A stretch of DNA of 64,000 bases from Eledone cirrhosa (GCA_964016885.1 OZ024743.1:81406001-81470000), one strand, 5' to 3'; counted from the first letter of the stretch, positions 12,994-26,880 are shown. Made by a program: numbers and translations. Notes: generated by a model from the letters alone, not told the origin.

Positions 12994-13505
12994 AATATAT
13001 GTATAAATGCAGTGGAAAGCTCTGTAAATACCAACAGACTACTTAGTGCATAAATGACAAAATTGATTCTAATACAAATACATCCAGTGCAGATTTTGTA
13101 AAAACCTAATACGAAAGACATTAGCCTTGGTGTATTGAACTGTGAGAGAATGTCATCAAATATTACCTTCCAACAAGATCTGGTATCAATGGAAAAGCAT
13201 CCTGGAGTGCAATAGGAAACATTGGAAAGATTTTAGGTCTCAGGACGGGAATAAAAGGAATTGTTTCATTGAAACTGATGGACCTTAAGAGGACTGCAGG
13301 ACTTAGAAGCTAAAAATAAATACACATATATGGGATCATTGAAAATAGAGATATGTCGAAATGAGTCGGACACGAGGGGCCAATGATGCGAAAAATGTGA
13401 CAGAAATTGGAAAGTTTTATACAATATATATATATGTGTATGTATAAACGTATTGTATATATATATGTATATATATACATATACATATATATATATATAT
13501 ACATA

Positions 13506-13617
<112 letters not shown>

Positions 13618-13644
13618 CATGTATATATATATATACATATACAT

Positions 13645-13677
<33 letters not shown>

Positions 13678-14067
13678 ATGTATATATATATATGTGTGTG
13701 CTTGTATATATTTATTTATATATATACATATATATGTATGTGTGTGTATGCATATATATATATATATACAACATAGTATTGTAATAGATACAGGTATGAT
13801 ATCTACATTATTTGTATGGTTTCAGGAGTAAAGTCTTTTGGGTTAGCTCTATATTCTATACTATTTATATGTCATATATTTTATATATATACTATTTATA
13901 TATCATATATTTTATATATATACTATTTATATGTCATATATTTTATATATATACTATTTATATATCATATATTTTATCTTAAGAGATCATTCTGCTGTAA
14001 TGTCTTTGACATAACTGGTTAGTATATGTAATATAAGCATACTACTTCGTCTTTGTTGTTGTTGCAG

Positions 14068-14102
<35 letters not shown>

Positions 14103-14299
14103 CTTCTTCTTCTTCTTCTTCTTCTTCTTCTTCTTCTTCTTCTTCTTCTTCTTCTTCTTCTTCTTCTTCTTCTTCTTCTTCTTCTTCTTCTTCTTCTTCT
14201 CCTTGCAGTACCGTTCTTCTATAACTACAGGTCATCATTGAGAGATGTGTCCAGTGATACTCTTATTTTTGTGTGTGTGGGACATGTAAGATTACTCTT

Positions 14300-14930
14300 C
14301 CTCAAATACTCCGTTCCAATATCAGAGAGCAGGGATGTGGTCCAAGGGGGGGGGGGGGGAGCAAGAACATCATAAGTAGTCTTCACTGCTACATGCTCTA
14401 CCACAAACCTATCAATAAGCCGACAGTTTTCCTTCCTTTATACTAAATAACAAATATTTCAGGACCTCCAAGAATCATGTTATAACATGTTGACGACAAA
14501 ACCGGCAACTCCACCGAGTTTACTTGGTGAGAATGGTGATTGGACACGATACGGGATGAAAACAAGGCGTGTTAAAGGGCGGAGGTACTCAGCAGAGTCA
14601 ACGGCCATTCAACAAAGTTTTTTTTTTTTTATTGAGTGAGAGACACCTAGTCTTCATTAAGAAGGTCACTCTGATATAAAAACCTGCGACTTTCTCTGTA
14701 TCCAACTATGTAGGCTAGTTCTACTTTTGGGACAAATGCATTCAATGTTTAGAAAGTGGGATTGGCTCCGTGAAAAGCCTTTCCTCACTTAAATAAAGCC
14801 CCAACACAGGCATCGCTTGATATGTGATATTTTTTGCGATGCATGGCATTGCTGGCCATGGGCAAGTCCCTAGCAGGACTAAAAAGCCACGTCCGTGATG
14901 GTCATGCTTAAATTGCAGTCATCATCATCA
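14300..14930 (+). mobile_element. Diverged bipartite non-autonomous RTE derivative (family F relative)
   Basis: gttgacgacaaaaccggcaactccacc...gagtcaacggccattc aligns with 38394-38520; 3' GKSLAGLKSHVR finger remnant, then (CAT)n/(ATGT)-rich tail. Left boundary uncertain. Confidence 0.65.
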
Positions 14931-15463
14931 TATATGTAAATATGCATATATGTATGTATGTAAATATGTATGTATGTATGTAAATATGCATGTATGTATG
15001 TTAAAAATGCATGTATATGTGAGGTATGCATGCATGTCAGTATGTATGCATGTATATATTTATGTGTGCATGCAATATGTATGTGTGTTTGAATGTATAT
15101 GTGTATGCATATATACCATTTTTTATTCTATTTATAAACATTATTTTATTTTTCTGACGATAATACGTTATTAATATAGATATGTACGAGTACATGTATA
15201 TATCTGTCTGTCTATGTGTGTGTGTGTGTGATTGCATGTGTGATAGTGTGTGTGAGTGTTTAGGGGGCTGGTTGTCTTTGTGTGTACGCGGGATAAATTT
15301 CAGGCACCGATAAGTATGGTTGACTAACTTCAACCCGGATAAAACGTGTTAGTGTAAGGAAATAAGCGGGTTTACCAACATGTAATTATAACCGTCTCTA
15401 CACACTTCCAGAATCGATCTCCATAGAGAGTACTTTAGTTTTTCGCACGGAAACTCAAACCAG

Positions 15464-15509
<46 letters not shown>

Positions 15510-15522
15510 GCATATATATATA

Positions 15523-15597
<75 letters not shown>

Positions 15598-16311
15598 CCC
15601 ACGACCGAATCCATTGCCAAATAACTACTTACAATTCAGGGTTACCAATCAGAGAGCATGTTATGGTTGTTTTTCCTCTCTAACTATAACCCTTAAACTC
15701 TCAATACAACAACAACACTGAAATCTGTCCCTTCATCACAGTTCTCTCACAGAGAGCCCCTCAATACTTACAGACCGTATGATTCATTTGAAGCAGTAAC
15801 CCATCTTATTCTCATTTTATATCCTTTGCTAAAATACTATAAAACCTTCACACTTACTTCACACTTTTATATATATTTATATCAAGATATAACTATGTTT
15901 TGTTACGTCCCGCTCTCACGGTAGTTTTGTTAATCATAGTGCTATCATGTTATATTTTACACTAGATTTCCACCATGCCGTGCTATACCACCATGTTATA
16001 TACTTTATTACCCTACCATGTGATATATTATTTATCCAATCCATTACACAGTTATTGCTTCGTGTGTTACCATCTTTTAAGGAGTTTGTTTCATTTTTTT
16101 AAATATCGTAATACCAAACTTTCAGATATTCAAGATGTGTTGTTGTTTTTACTATTGTTGTTTTACACACACTCCCTCACACACATACACATATACACAC
16201 ACACACTCCCACATACTCACACACAGAGACACTCACACACATGTAGTCACACACACACTCACACACACACGTCCCCACTCACTCACACACACGCGAATAT
16301 ATATATATATA

Positions 16312-16503
16312 ACGAAGGAGGAACCAGGTGGACCATAACGCACCAGAGTACTCGATACTTTGGGTAGTAGAGTGGGTAATAAGAAAATGTTCAAGACCCC
16401 GACGGCAGAGCTCAAGCCGTTTCGACGGCTATTTCTGGACTCAGAAATAGTCCAGAAATAGCCGTCGAAACGACTTGAGCTCTGCCGGCGGGGTCGTGAA
16501 TAT

Positions 16504-16508
<5 letters not shown>
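16312..16508 (-). mobile_element. Family A fold-back mini-element
   Basis: Inverted arms centred on gact-cagaaat-agtc, one-sided tail, (TA)n flanks. Confidence 0.85.
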
Positions 16509-16546
<38 letters not shown>

Positions 16547-16819
16547 GATATCCACAGTAAATTCGTTTAGACAACAGCTGGTGATATGCATGTCAGTAAA
16601 TATTCTCTTTATCTGATATTTTGTAACTAACCTTACATAGATCGATATCGAAGTATAGTTACGATGTTTTATCATCACCTAGAAACGATCGTAAAGCAGT
16701 GAAGTATAATTCTAATGACTTGATTTTTTATTTCATTGTTTTAACTTATATATATATATATGAGAGAGAGAGAGGGGGGGGTGAGAGAAGTATAGATGTA
16801 TATATATATATTGTATAGA

Positions 16820-16863
<44 letters not shown>

Positions 16864-16914
16864 TGTATATATATATAGGTTATAGTATAAATGAAGATGA
16901 TGACAATGCATTTT

Positions 16915-17110
16915 TAGAGTCGTTAAAACCTCAGATTAAATACTTTGTGGTATTTAGTTATGGCCTCTAATGTTTTGTGTTCAAATCCTGCCCAGGTTAG
17001 ATTTGCCTTTTCATCTTTCCAGGGTTCGTCAAAGTACTAGTCAAATACTAGTATCGATTTAATTAGCATTCCCCGCCCACACTATCACTTTTTATCTAAA
17101 TTAGATACCA
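16915..17110 (+). mobile_element. Meta-like SINE, diverged
   Basis: gttcaaatcctgcc...tttgccttttcatctttccagggt...aagtactagt. Confidence 0.65.
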
Positions 17111-17909
17111 TTTTTTAAACAAAAGGTTACCCGTCGTAGTTTTTGGAACACAATATATAAGCTTCTTTTTTCTTGTCTTCCAATCTGTTCTAGACTTGTC
17201 TATATATCAAATAAAAGGAGAAATATTTTTCAAACTGAGCAACAGTGTTGTTCAGGTAATTTAGCAATCATGTAGGAGAGTCATTGAAATAGATATTAAT
17301 AGTGTATATAATTGGTGAAAAGAGACACAAGATGAATGGTTTGTGGTTTAGTGCTGATCTGAATATAATTGAGTTAATCATAGACTCAGCCTGTTGATTT
17401 TAACAGGAGACGATTTAATATCATGTTCAAACAGTATAATATGCTAAAGCGACTTCAGGATGTGAAATTAAAATACGTTAATCCTGTAATTAAATTATTA
17501 ATCTAAGTTATCAATAGAGAGATCTTCAATTCCATTGATTAATTTCGTCCTTACGATGAGGATCATCTAATGATATTACCAGACATACTTTGATCTCTGG
17601 GTACCATGTCGTAATGAGGACTTTCGAAACATTAGTTGACTAACAAAATCAACATTCATGATCATTAATACCCGGTTTCTCTTTATGTATAATAATCTAA
17701 TGTGAAACTAACATGGCCGAGTTGTTAAGGAGTTTACTTGACAGTCATAAGGTTCCGGGCAAATGTCATTTATCATAGTCTCGGCTCGACCTATATTTCT
17801 TTAGAAGCCTAACTGATGGACTGTACCTGTCATTCAAAGAGCCAACGTATTCACACAGTGCGTTGGCGGAATCTCCCTGGGAATTATGTTAGTATATACA
17901 GTATATATG

Positions 17910-17991
<82 letters not shown>

Positions 17992-18018
17992 TATATATAT
18001 ATATGTATATATATATAT

Positions 18019-18349
18019 TTAAAAGAATAGAGGTGTAACACACAAGTTATGATATATTGGTAAACGGAATAGAAAATGCTGACAAATTGTTCACAGTGAA
18101 AAATAGTTTTATTAGGAATAAGTGAGAATTAGTAATAGTATTGGTTAGTATTGAGTTTTGGTTTTTACCGGTTGCGCATTTCTAATGCTTTTCAAAAATG
18201 CTTTTCAAAAATGTTTGAAAAGCATTAGAAATGCGCAACCGGTAAAAACCAAAACTCATTACTAACCAATACTATTACTAATTCTCACTTATTCCTAATT
18301 AAACTATTTTTCACTGTGAACAATTTGTCAGCATTTTCTATTCCGTTTA

Positions 18350-18355
<6 letters not shown>
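18019..18355 (-). mobile_element. Family D fold-back mini-element with a hammerhead-like core in each arm
   Basis: ~145-bp near-perfect inverted arms (~18052-18197 / 18214-18357), tail 18019-18050, (TA)n flanks; TTGAAAA-gcatt(aga)aatgc-GCAA-ccgg-TA at 18215-18244. Confidence 0.8.
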
Positions 18356-18397
<42 letters not shown>

Positions 18398-18487
18398 TTG
18401 ACGGTTGAAAGGAAAGAACTCTTACTACCGAAGTAAAACTTTAATATTTATTTAAGGCTAAATAGTGAGTGGTGTTTCGTCTGTACA

Positions 18488-18532
<45 letters not shown>

Positions 18533-19870
18533 TATGGCCTCTAATCTTTTATATATATATATATATATATATAATAATAAAGAGAGATAAACACAGATAC
18601 ATTGAGCTATTTTAATTGCAAGGGACAATTCTGAGTTTTCTAACTCAATATATACTTTTGATATATATATTTATATATGTGTGTGTGGGGGGGGGGGGGG
18701 GGGGTACGTTTATATATGTATATATGTCGTTCAACACGCTAGAAACAACAGCCAAATATTTCTCAAATCACGCAAAGCCATCTTTTTAATGGGAATTATT
18801 TATTAGATAATGTACTTCTTAAAATACAAGATTATCTCAGTTGGAACGGCTTTGATCATAGGTTTGCTTGATGAGGGTGGATCTGGAGCTAAACAACAGC
18901 GATAACAACAACAGCAACATCAATAACAACATGACATCAACAATGAGTCATATGTAGAAATATATATAAAACCTAGAAATAGATGCAAGGATTTCAGATA
19001 AAATTTGAACCTGACTGCATTTTGGTCAAAATGGAATTATTTGAAGAAACAAAACGTGGATGCCATTAATTCTAGATTAGTTCCAGAGAGTGAGTTTGTG
19101 ATGAGCGAGGTTCACTTCAGCAAAGCAGATCTAGAGAATATTTTGGAGGAATCTATATTAGAATCTCTCAGAGAAAATCTCCTGCTCGGCAGATAAGCAA
19201 ATGATGGAAGGTTATTCATAAAAAAAAGTTATAGATTGAGATAGGAATCTTTGAGTCAAGAGTTTGGAATATATATTGACAACGGAGACAACACAGCAGG
19301 AAGTATAGAGTATGGTAATGAAGAGGTGTGAATAGATAATAACTACATGGAATGGATATACAGCGAATATTTCGGTTATTTGAAACAACAAGCAGACGAT
19401 ACAAGGATTAGATATTTCGAGCTGAATTCATTGATGAGACTGAATAAAAAAAATAATGAATAGTAAATATAAGGTGAGTTGGCAGAATGGTTAGAGCGTC
19501 GGATTAAATGCCTCGATATTTGTTCCTATTCTCTGCAATTTAAGTTCAAATTCTACCGAAATTAACATTGCCTTTCATCGAATCGGAGGTCTATATAGCA
19601 AAGCAGTATTGGATAGAATTGGAGGAATTATTAAAATGTCAGACGGGATGCTTTGCTGTATCTATTCCTTCTTAATCAATTCTGACAATCCGTACCTCAC
19701 CTTTGAGAAGGCTCCTACCCTAGTAGTTAAAACGCTGGATTCACGATTATAAGGTCATGGGTTCGATTTCTGAAGTAGGTGGCGTGTGGAGTTCTTAGAA
19801 AAATAGTATATTTTATTATATCCTTCAGCCAGAGAGTTGTGACTGGCAGAGAGAATGAGAAATGGAGTGG

Positions 19871-20043
19871 TCAGTTGGAACCTAGGTTCCCCAGTCCGAT
19901 CTTACAATGGAGAGATCAGTGGAAAAGTAGGTTCCCTGGATCGATCTTACGATGGAGAGATCAGTGGAAACATAGGTTCCCCGGTCCGATCTTACGATGG
20001 AGAGATCAGTGGAAACATAGGTTCCCCGGTCCGATCTTACGAT
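19871..20043. repeat. 45-bp minisatellite, ~4 copies
   Basis: Unit tcagtggaaacataggttccccggtccgatcttacgatggagaga. Confidence 0.9.
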
Positions 20044-20236
20044 CGTTGTATTTCTCTAGAAATGTAATGAAATGGAGTGGCGTCTACGAAGGAACTGTTG
20101 TTGTTTTTCAAAGACTTGGCCAGAGGAGGAATAATAAAGGTCGTATATTGAGGCCTCCATGACATAATTACCCTCGGTATATACAATCTAACACATATAC
20201 GAAATCCGTATATTGACACACACACGCGCGCACACA

Positions 20237-20316
<80 letters not shown>

Positions 20317-20320
<4 letters not shown>

Positions 20321-20507
20321 AAAAGAGTCAGAACCTCGACGGCAGAGCTGAAGCCGTTTCGACAGCTATTTATTTCCAGAAATAGCTGTTGAAACGGCTT
20401 GAGCTCTGCCGTCGGGCTTCTGACTCTTTTCCTATTACCCACTCTACTACCCAAAATATCGAGTACTCTGGTGCGTTATGGTCCACCTGGTTCCTTACCA
20501 CAACTTC
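20317..20507 (+). mobile_element. Family A fold-back mini-element
   Basis: Inverted arms centred near 20373; tail ends ...ccttaccacaacttc. Confidence 0.85.
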
Positions 20508-20550
20508 CTGATGATTTCTCACGAATGAAACAGTTCTAGCCCTGTAGAAG
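20504..20550 (+). ncRNA. Type I hammerhead, family C (U10.1-U11.1)
   Basis: cttc-CTGATGA-t-ttc(tcac)gaa-t-GAAA-cag(ttctagcc)ctg-TA-gaag. Confidence 0.75.
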
Positions 20551-20561
20551 CTTTTCTATAT

Positions 20562-20616
<55 letters not shown>

Positions 20617-20914
20617 ATAATAATAAATTTGAAGACTAAAATCCAAAGAGGGCTCGATAAGGATAAATATATATCAAATATATAAGAACCGTAGAGCAAA
20701 TATTTATTAAAATAACAGATTAAAGTTTAAGCAAAGAATCGCTGATTTCACCCTTAACGGGATCTTCTGAAACTAACAAAGTCAATCTGTGAACGCAGAA
20801 GTTTATATTTCAAAAAACGTTGCAATCGAAGGAAGACAGGAAGACGATACTTTGGTTCGTGGAAACGTTCCCTGGCAAAGAAGGGGACAAAACGAATATA
20901 ATACGTCATTATTT

Positions 20915-21555
20915 GGAGCGGTGAATTGGCAGTATTGGTAGAGGGTCGGACGCTATGCTTTGACGTATAGAGTTACGGCCCTTGCCATTCCGAGTTCAAA
21001 TCCCGCCAAGGTTAACTTTGCCTTTCATCCTTACGGGGTCGATAAAATAAAGTACCAGTAATGCACTGGGTACTTGCTGGCCTTGTGCCTAACGTAGAAA
21101 CAATTATTATCAGGGCGGTGGATTGGTAGTATCGGTAGAAGGTCGGATGCCATGCTTGGCAGCATAGCGTTACGGCCCTTTATGATCGGAGTTCAAACCC
21201 CGCCGAGGTTAACTTTGACTTTCATCCTTACGGGGTCGATAAAATAAAGCACCAGTAATATACTGGGGTCGATTTAATTGATTTTCCCGTCCCACAAAAT
21301 TACTGGCCTTGTGCTTATACTAGAAATCATTATTATTATTATTATTATTGCTAGGACTGTGGATTGGCAGTATCGGTAGGGGGTCGGACGCCATGCTTTG
21401 CCGCAAAGAGTTACGGCCGTTTATGGGCTGAGTTCAAACCCCGCCAAGTTTAACTTTGCCTTTCATCCCTACTGGGTCGACAAAATAAAGTAACAGTAAT
21501 ACACTGGGATACTTTATGGCCTTGTGCCAAAAGTAGAAACAATTATTATTATTAT
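20915..21555 (+). mobile_element. Head-to-tail trimer of tRNA-derived Meta-like SINEs
   Basis: Units at ~20915, ~21112 and ~21352, each with tggcagtatcggtag (A box), gagttcaaaYccc (B box), gcctttcatccttacggggtcgataaaataaagtaccag core and (ATT)n end. Confidence 0.9.
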
Positions 21556-21672
21556 TGCCATTAAGGTTTGTTTTTTTCTTAGTATTTATTTCTGTTTTGT
21601 AGTTTTATTCTCGTATTTTCTTCGTATTTGCTTTTTTAAATTTGTTGAAATTCACTTGTATATATATATATA

Positions 21673-21863
21673 TAGGAACAAGTATGACCCCGGCGGCAGA
21701 GCTCAAGCCGTTTCGACGGCTAATTCTGTTCAGAATTAGCCGTCGAAAGGGCTTGAGCTCTGCCGTCGGGGTCATACTAGTTCCTATTACCCACTCTACT
21801 ACCCTAAGTATCGAGTACTTTGGTGCGTTATGGTCCATCTGGTTCCTTACCACATTTCCTTCG

Positions 21864-21865
<2 letters not shown>
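21673..21865 (+). mobile_element. Family A fold-back mini-element
   Basis: Inverted arms centred on aattctg-tt-cagaatt, tail to ...catttccttcgtt, (TA)n flanks. Confidence 0.85.
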
Positions 21866-21904
<39 letters not shown>

Positions 21905-22409
21905 GATTTTAGTCTTCACATTTATTATTATTACTATATATGTGTGTGTGTCTGTGTGTGTACATGGTTTTTATTTCGTTTATAATTTATGTTTTATTTT
22001 ATATGTCGAGTTCAAATAATCGATAGACGATGTGTATTGAGTGAGACGTAATGAAAGGAAGATGGCTTAAGAAATATAAAGTAAAATAATAGAAAGTAAT
22101 AGAAATGTAAAAGACAGAACATTGGCTAAAGTGAGTGTTAGTGTGTGAAATAGAAACTAGAAATGATAAAATAAAGAAAACATCTATTTTTAAATCAATA
22201 AACTAAATATTTGAGTTGTACACAAATATAAACGATAGTATAATATACATACATACATATATAAATACATGTATATATGTATGTATATATATATATATAT
22301 ATATATTAATAGTTTATTTACACATGCCTCCCGTCATCGCCGTTATGATTGGAGCATTTTTTTTATTGTTATTATTGTTATTATCGATGTTTAGTTATAT
22401 GAACGCATT

Positions 22410-22487
22410 CAACCCTCCCCCCATATATATATATATATATATATGAGTGTGTGTGTGTATGGATGGGGCTGGTGTTTCAACACACAT

Positions 22488-22561
<74 letters not shown>

Positions 22562-22630
22562 TCCTCCCCTCATATATATATATATATGAGTGTTTGTGTG
22601 TATGGATGGGGCTGGTGTTTCAACACACAT

Positions 22631-22708
<78 letters not shown>

Positions 22709-22766
22709 TCCTCCCCTCATATATATATATATGAGTGTGTGTGTGTATGTATGGGGCGGGTGTTTC

Positions 22767-22830
<64 letters not shown>
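22410..22830. repeat. Tandem triplication of a ~145-bp microsatellite-containing unit
   Basis: cctcccc-(AT)n-gagtgt...ggggctggtgtttcaa-(CA)n-(TA)n repeated three times. Confidence 0.85.
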
Positions 22831-23171
22831 GATATATATATATGAATGAACACGTATATGTGAGTGTGTCTTCTCCTATATATAACTGTGGAGAGAGAAG
22901 CAAAGTAAATGTTGAAATTGGAGTAAAATTATCGATAGCCACTTTAGAAGGTGAAAGGAGAAACCAGCGCACATGGTGTTACACAACAACATTGTAATCA
23001 TCATCACCATCATCTCAAGCATCGTCATCATTACCATCACCATCATCATCACAATCATTGACATCCGTATCAATACCATCACCATCATCACTGATGTACT
23101 GACTGCTAAAAAACCTCTTCTTGACATTGCAAATATATATATATGTGTGTGTGTGGGTTTATGTGTATGTG

Positions 23172-23280
<109 letters not shown>

Positions 23281-23434
23281 CAGTCAACACACACACAGTC
23301 TCTGTTACTATTCCAACGTGCTGTTACTCAGGTCACACTGTGTAACACCAAAATCTCGTCATTAGTTGTTTTCTGTGCAACCTTCTCTACTGCACGGAGA
23401 TCCCTCTCTCCACAACCTCGGTTCCATTATTATT

Positions 23435-23615
23435 CTACGGTTCAAATCCCGCCGAGGTTAACTTTGCCTTTCATCCTTACGAGGTCGATAAAATAAAGTA
23501 CCAGTAATACACTGGGATAATTGCTGGCCTTATGCCTAAAGTAGAAACAATTATTATTCTACGGTAGATTGGCAGTATCGGTAGAGGGTCGAACGCCATG
23601 CTTTGTAGCAAAATT
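23435..23615 (+). mobile_element. Meta-like SINE 3' part followed by the head of another copy
   Basis: Same consensus as 20915. Confidence 0.85.
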
Positions 23616-24510
23616 ATTATTCTAGGTTTATTCTTTAGATGCTCCAGCCTGCGAATCAATGGTATTCATCTCATTCCTACGGAAGGCCTTCATTGGATAA
23701 TTCTATTTTGAAAGAAACTAGAATGGGGTCGGGTTTGTGTTCAGCGATCCATTATGTAAACACTGTATATAAATGGTACTAAATCTAGAGAGAAGGTATC
23801 TGATAGCTTTTGATAAGCACTGATATAACGTGTGTAAAATGTTGTTATTTTGGTTAATTTTAAAATAAAATAGAATTGTAATCAATGGGTCAAATGTGTC
23901 ATTGTTAGAATCAAACAAGCAAAACAACTCACATCAATTAAGTTTCTATTACTTTCTTCATTTGTTTAATTTAATGACGGACAAACGTGGAAACATTCGT
24001 AAGGAATTGTTTCTAAATATCACAGCAAGGTGGCAGCCATTATCAATTTCTTCTGTGTCTATAATAGAGATACTTATAGAAGAGTATAGACTTCATGACT
24101 CCAGATAGAGTCATAGGGGTCATTGTCCTGTTGTTGTTTTTTAACCGAGCAAAACTCCCATCCCTCACTATGAACGGACAGAGCCAATTTCTCTCAGATG
24201 AGATAAAAAGTGATAGGGAGTGTAAATGTGAGTGGTAGATAGATAAAGAGAGAGAGAGAGAGAAAGAGAGATCGACCTCTGTGGTAGGCTGGTACTTTAT
24301 CGAACTACTGACTTTGGTAGGATTTGAACTCGGAGCGTAGAAAGCCAGAATATATAGAGACTTCTGTAATCCGACCCCCAAAACACTCTGCCATCTCTCA
24401 GCCTTGGAAAGCTTATAAATGTTAATCAACTAAATAACATTGCCATTTATACAAAAATCTATATGTATGTATATATATGCGTGTGCATGTGTAAATGACT
24501 GTACATATAT

Positions 24511-24662
<152 letters not shown>

Positions 24663-24671
24663 ACACACACA

Positions 24672-24768
24672 CAGGGTGTCCCCAAAAGTGTATACAAACG
24701 TTGATTACTTGTACAGGCAATATATTAGAACGCTGTTGAAGTATGTATACATTTTTTGGGACACCCTA
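24672..24768. mobile_element. Tc1/mariner-type MITE
   Basis: TIRs CAGGGTGTCCCCAAAAgTGTATACA / TGTATACAtTTTTTGGGACACCCT. Confidence 0.8.
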
Positions 24769-25849
24769 CACATATATATATGTGTGTATGTGAGTGTATA
24801 CATGCCTGTATGTATAACTGCGTGTATCACCATATATGTGTGCAAGGCTATTAAATAATAACGTTATATCAAGTGAATCGCCGAACCATTGCTAGAGTAT
24901 CGTCTCAATATTATTTATCTAGTTCAAGTTTACATAGCGACAAATCTGTCTTTCCCGCTGCTGCCTCTCAAATCTATACCCTCAGGATGATCTCAACTCA
25001 AAATTGCAAGCTAACAATACACAATTTAGTTTTATAGTGCTATTCCCTCATTACAGAATTGATCTGTACCATCTGTCCTAATTATCTACAGCTACGTGGC
25101 CTTTGGCAGTTAAGTACTCCCCCACCACCACTCTCGTCAGCTGATAGCCATACACCCTATTCACTCGAGTAGATGTGATTCTCACGCTGTGATAATATTA
25201 TAATAAATAGCCCAGCGTGATGCCATAATGTATGCGCCATCTATGTGGTAGAGAAAGTAAGTGTTTTTGGTTCTTGTTTTGTTTTTTCTTATAATGACGG
25301 CCTCTGTGGTATTATAATATGGATCAATAAAACGATCCAGAAAACTCACTATTTGCATTAAAAATTAAAGTAGCCCTTTTCCCCAAGAACCATGACTAAA
25401 TGGACTAACAATTATATGTAATACTAGGTGAGATTTTCATGATGAGCCAACGTGCTGATACCTTATATGTAATTTTCTCTCGCTTCCCAGGGTTTGATTG
25501 AATATCTATTAAACCACTTATGTTCCCATACAACCCACATATATGGAAGTTTCAGTTTAGTTGCCATAACTCAAATAATTATTTTCTTATATTGGTCATC
25601 CATACCTTAATGGTATATTATCGTATAACCACTTAATTCTGTGGCAACATATCTGAATATTCTACCTTACAATATTTACAATGGACACAGTATGGCCAGA
25701 TGGTTAACGAGTTCGCTTTGCAATCATTGGGTCCTGATATCTATCCCAAAGTATAGCATCTAAGGCAATTGCCATTTACCATAGCCTCAGGTCGACTTTG
25801 TAAGACGTCAAGGAAATCCTCAGGAACGAATATTTTTAACCCATATCCT

Positions 25850-26880
25850 CCCGCTGTTAGTCGGGAGGGTTTTCGTGCGTACATAATTAGTTCTAATTCC
25901 TGGTTGCTAATGTAACCATAACAACGAGCGAAATGTAACGTTTTGTCTAAAAGGAGCCCAAAGATGTAGGAGTGAGTGTATATCAAACTGAGTGACCCTA
26001 ACTGAGTGACCCTAACTGAGTGACCCTAACTCTATTTGTTGAAGGAATGTGTCTGAACCAATATATGACATATGTTTTGTTGTTCTTAATGCGTGTCTTC
26101 ATTTCTCTTAGGGTTTCTAGCTGGGTTTATCAATCTACAGCTAAGCCTATTAGTAAAGTTAGATTTACGGTCATTCCCTGGATAGATTCCGTAAGGATTT
26201 AGTAGAAGCTTTTCGTACGCTAAGACGTAGAATTAATGTAGAAATGAACCCTTCCAACACCAATTTCCTGGAGGTAAACTAAGGATTCAGGTGTGTATAA
26301 ACCATATGATAAACCAACCATAATACTAAAATATATCAAGAGAATTACTTGCCACCATCTGTAGTCTCTAATATTAGTCGTAGAATTTCCAACTTTTTAT
26401 CCACTAAGGAGATATTTAACAAAGCAGTGCCTTATAATAAGGTTCTTATAGATAAGATTAAGTGAATTTCCAACCAACAACCACCTGAAAATAAAAAGTA
26501 ACGTAATAAAATATTCTGGATCAATGTAGATAAGAATTCTTAGATTTGATAAATATTCCCACCCAACATAGGTACAGAAACATATTCAGTAGGGGCCAGG
26601 GGCAGATAATCAATCTATTTCTTTGGGACCTCCATGATATCGAAAATAACAGCTAAAAATAAAGCCAAGATGCTCATGTAAATGATGATTGCTCTCTAAA
26701 GAAGAGCTGTAATATCAAGTCCATTGTATATGAGGCCGAAGTTAGACCTCCTAATACCAACCATACAGAGAGCAGTTAGATATATATAGATAAGGTACAA
26801 GTCTCCTCCTATAGGCTACTTGAAATAAAGACAACCGCGCTTCTGGTAACAAAAGTCAGATATATGTTTTCTTCATGGAA
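25850..26880. pseudogene. Degraded Penelope-like RT/EN with inverted 5' part
   Basis: Minus 26165-25850: NFTNRLSCRLINPAR, VIYWFRHI, LLDKTLHFARCYGYISNQELELIMYARK. Plus from ~26165: GHSLDRFRKDLVEAF...INVEMNPSNTNFLEV, PYDKP, ISRRISNFLSTKEIFNKAVPY, C..SCNIKSIVYEAEV. Confidence 0.8.

Noticed and set aside
13020-13410. Possible old LINE remnant (similar cases at 19000-19430 and 47880-48230)
   Set aside because: Only weak motif hints; needs a profile search.
20735-20775. Hammerhead-like CAGAAGA-tccc/gggt-GAAA on minus
   Set aside because: Core mutation and no stem I pairing.
20915-21010. tRNA gene
   Set aside because: A and B boxes are present but there is no cloverleaf; it is the head of a multicopy SINE.
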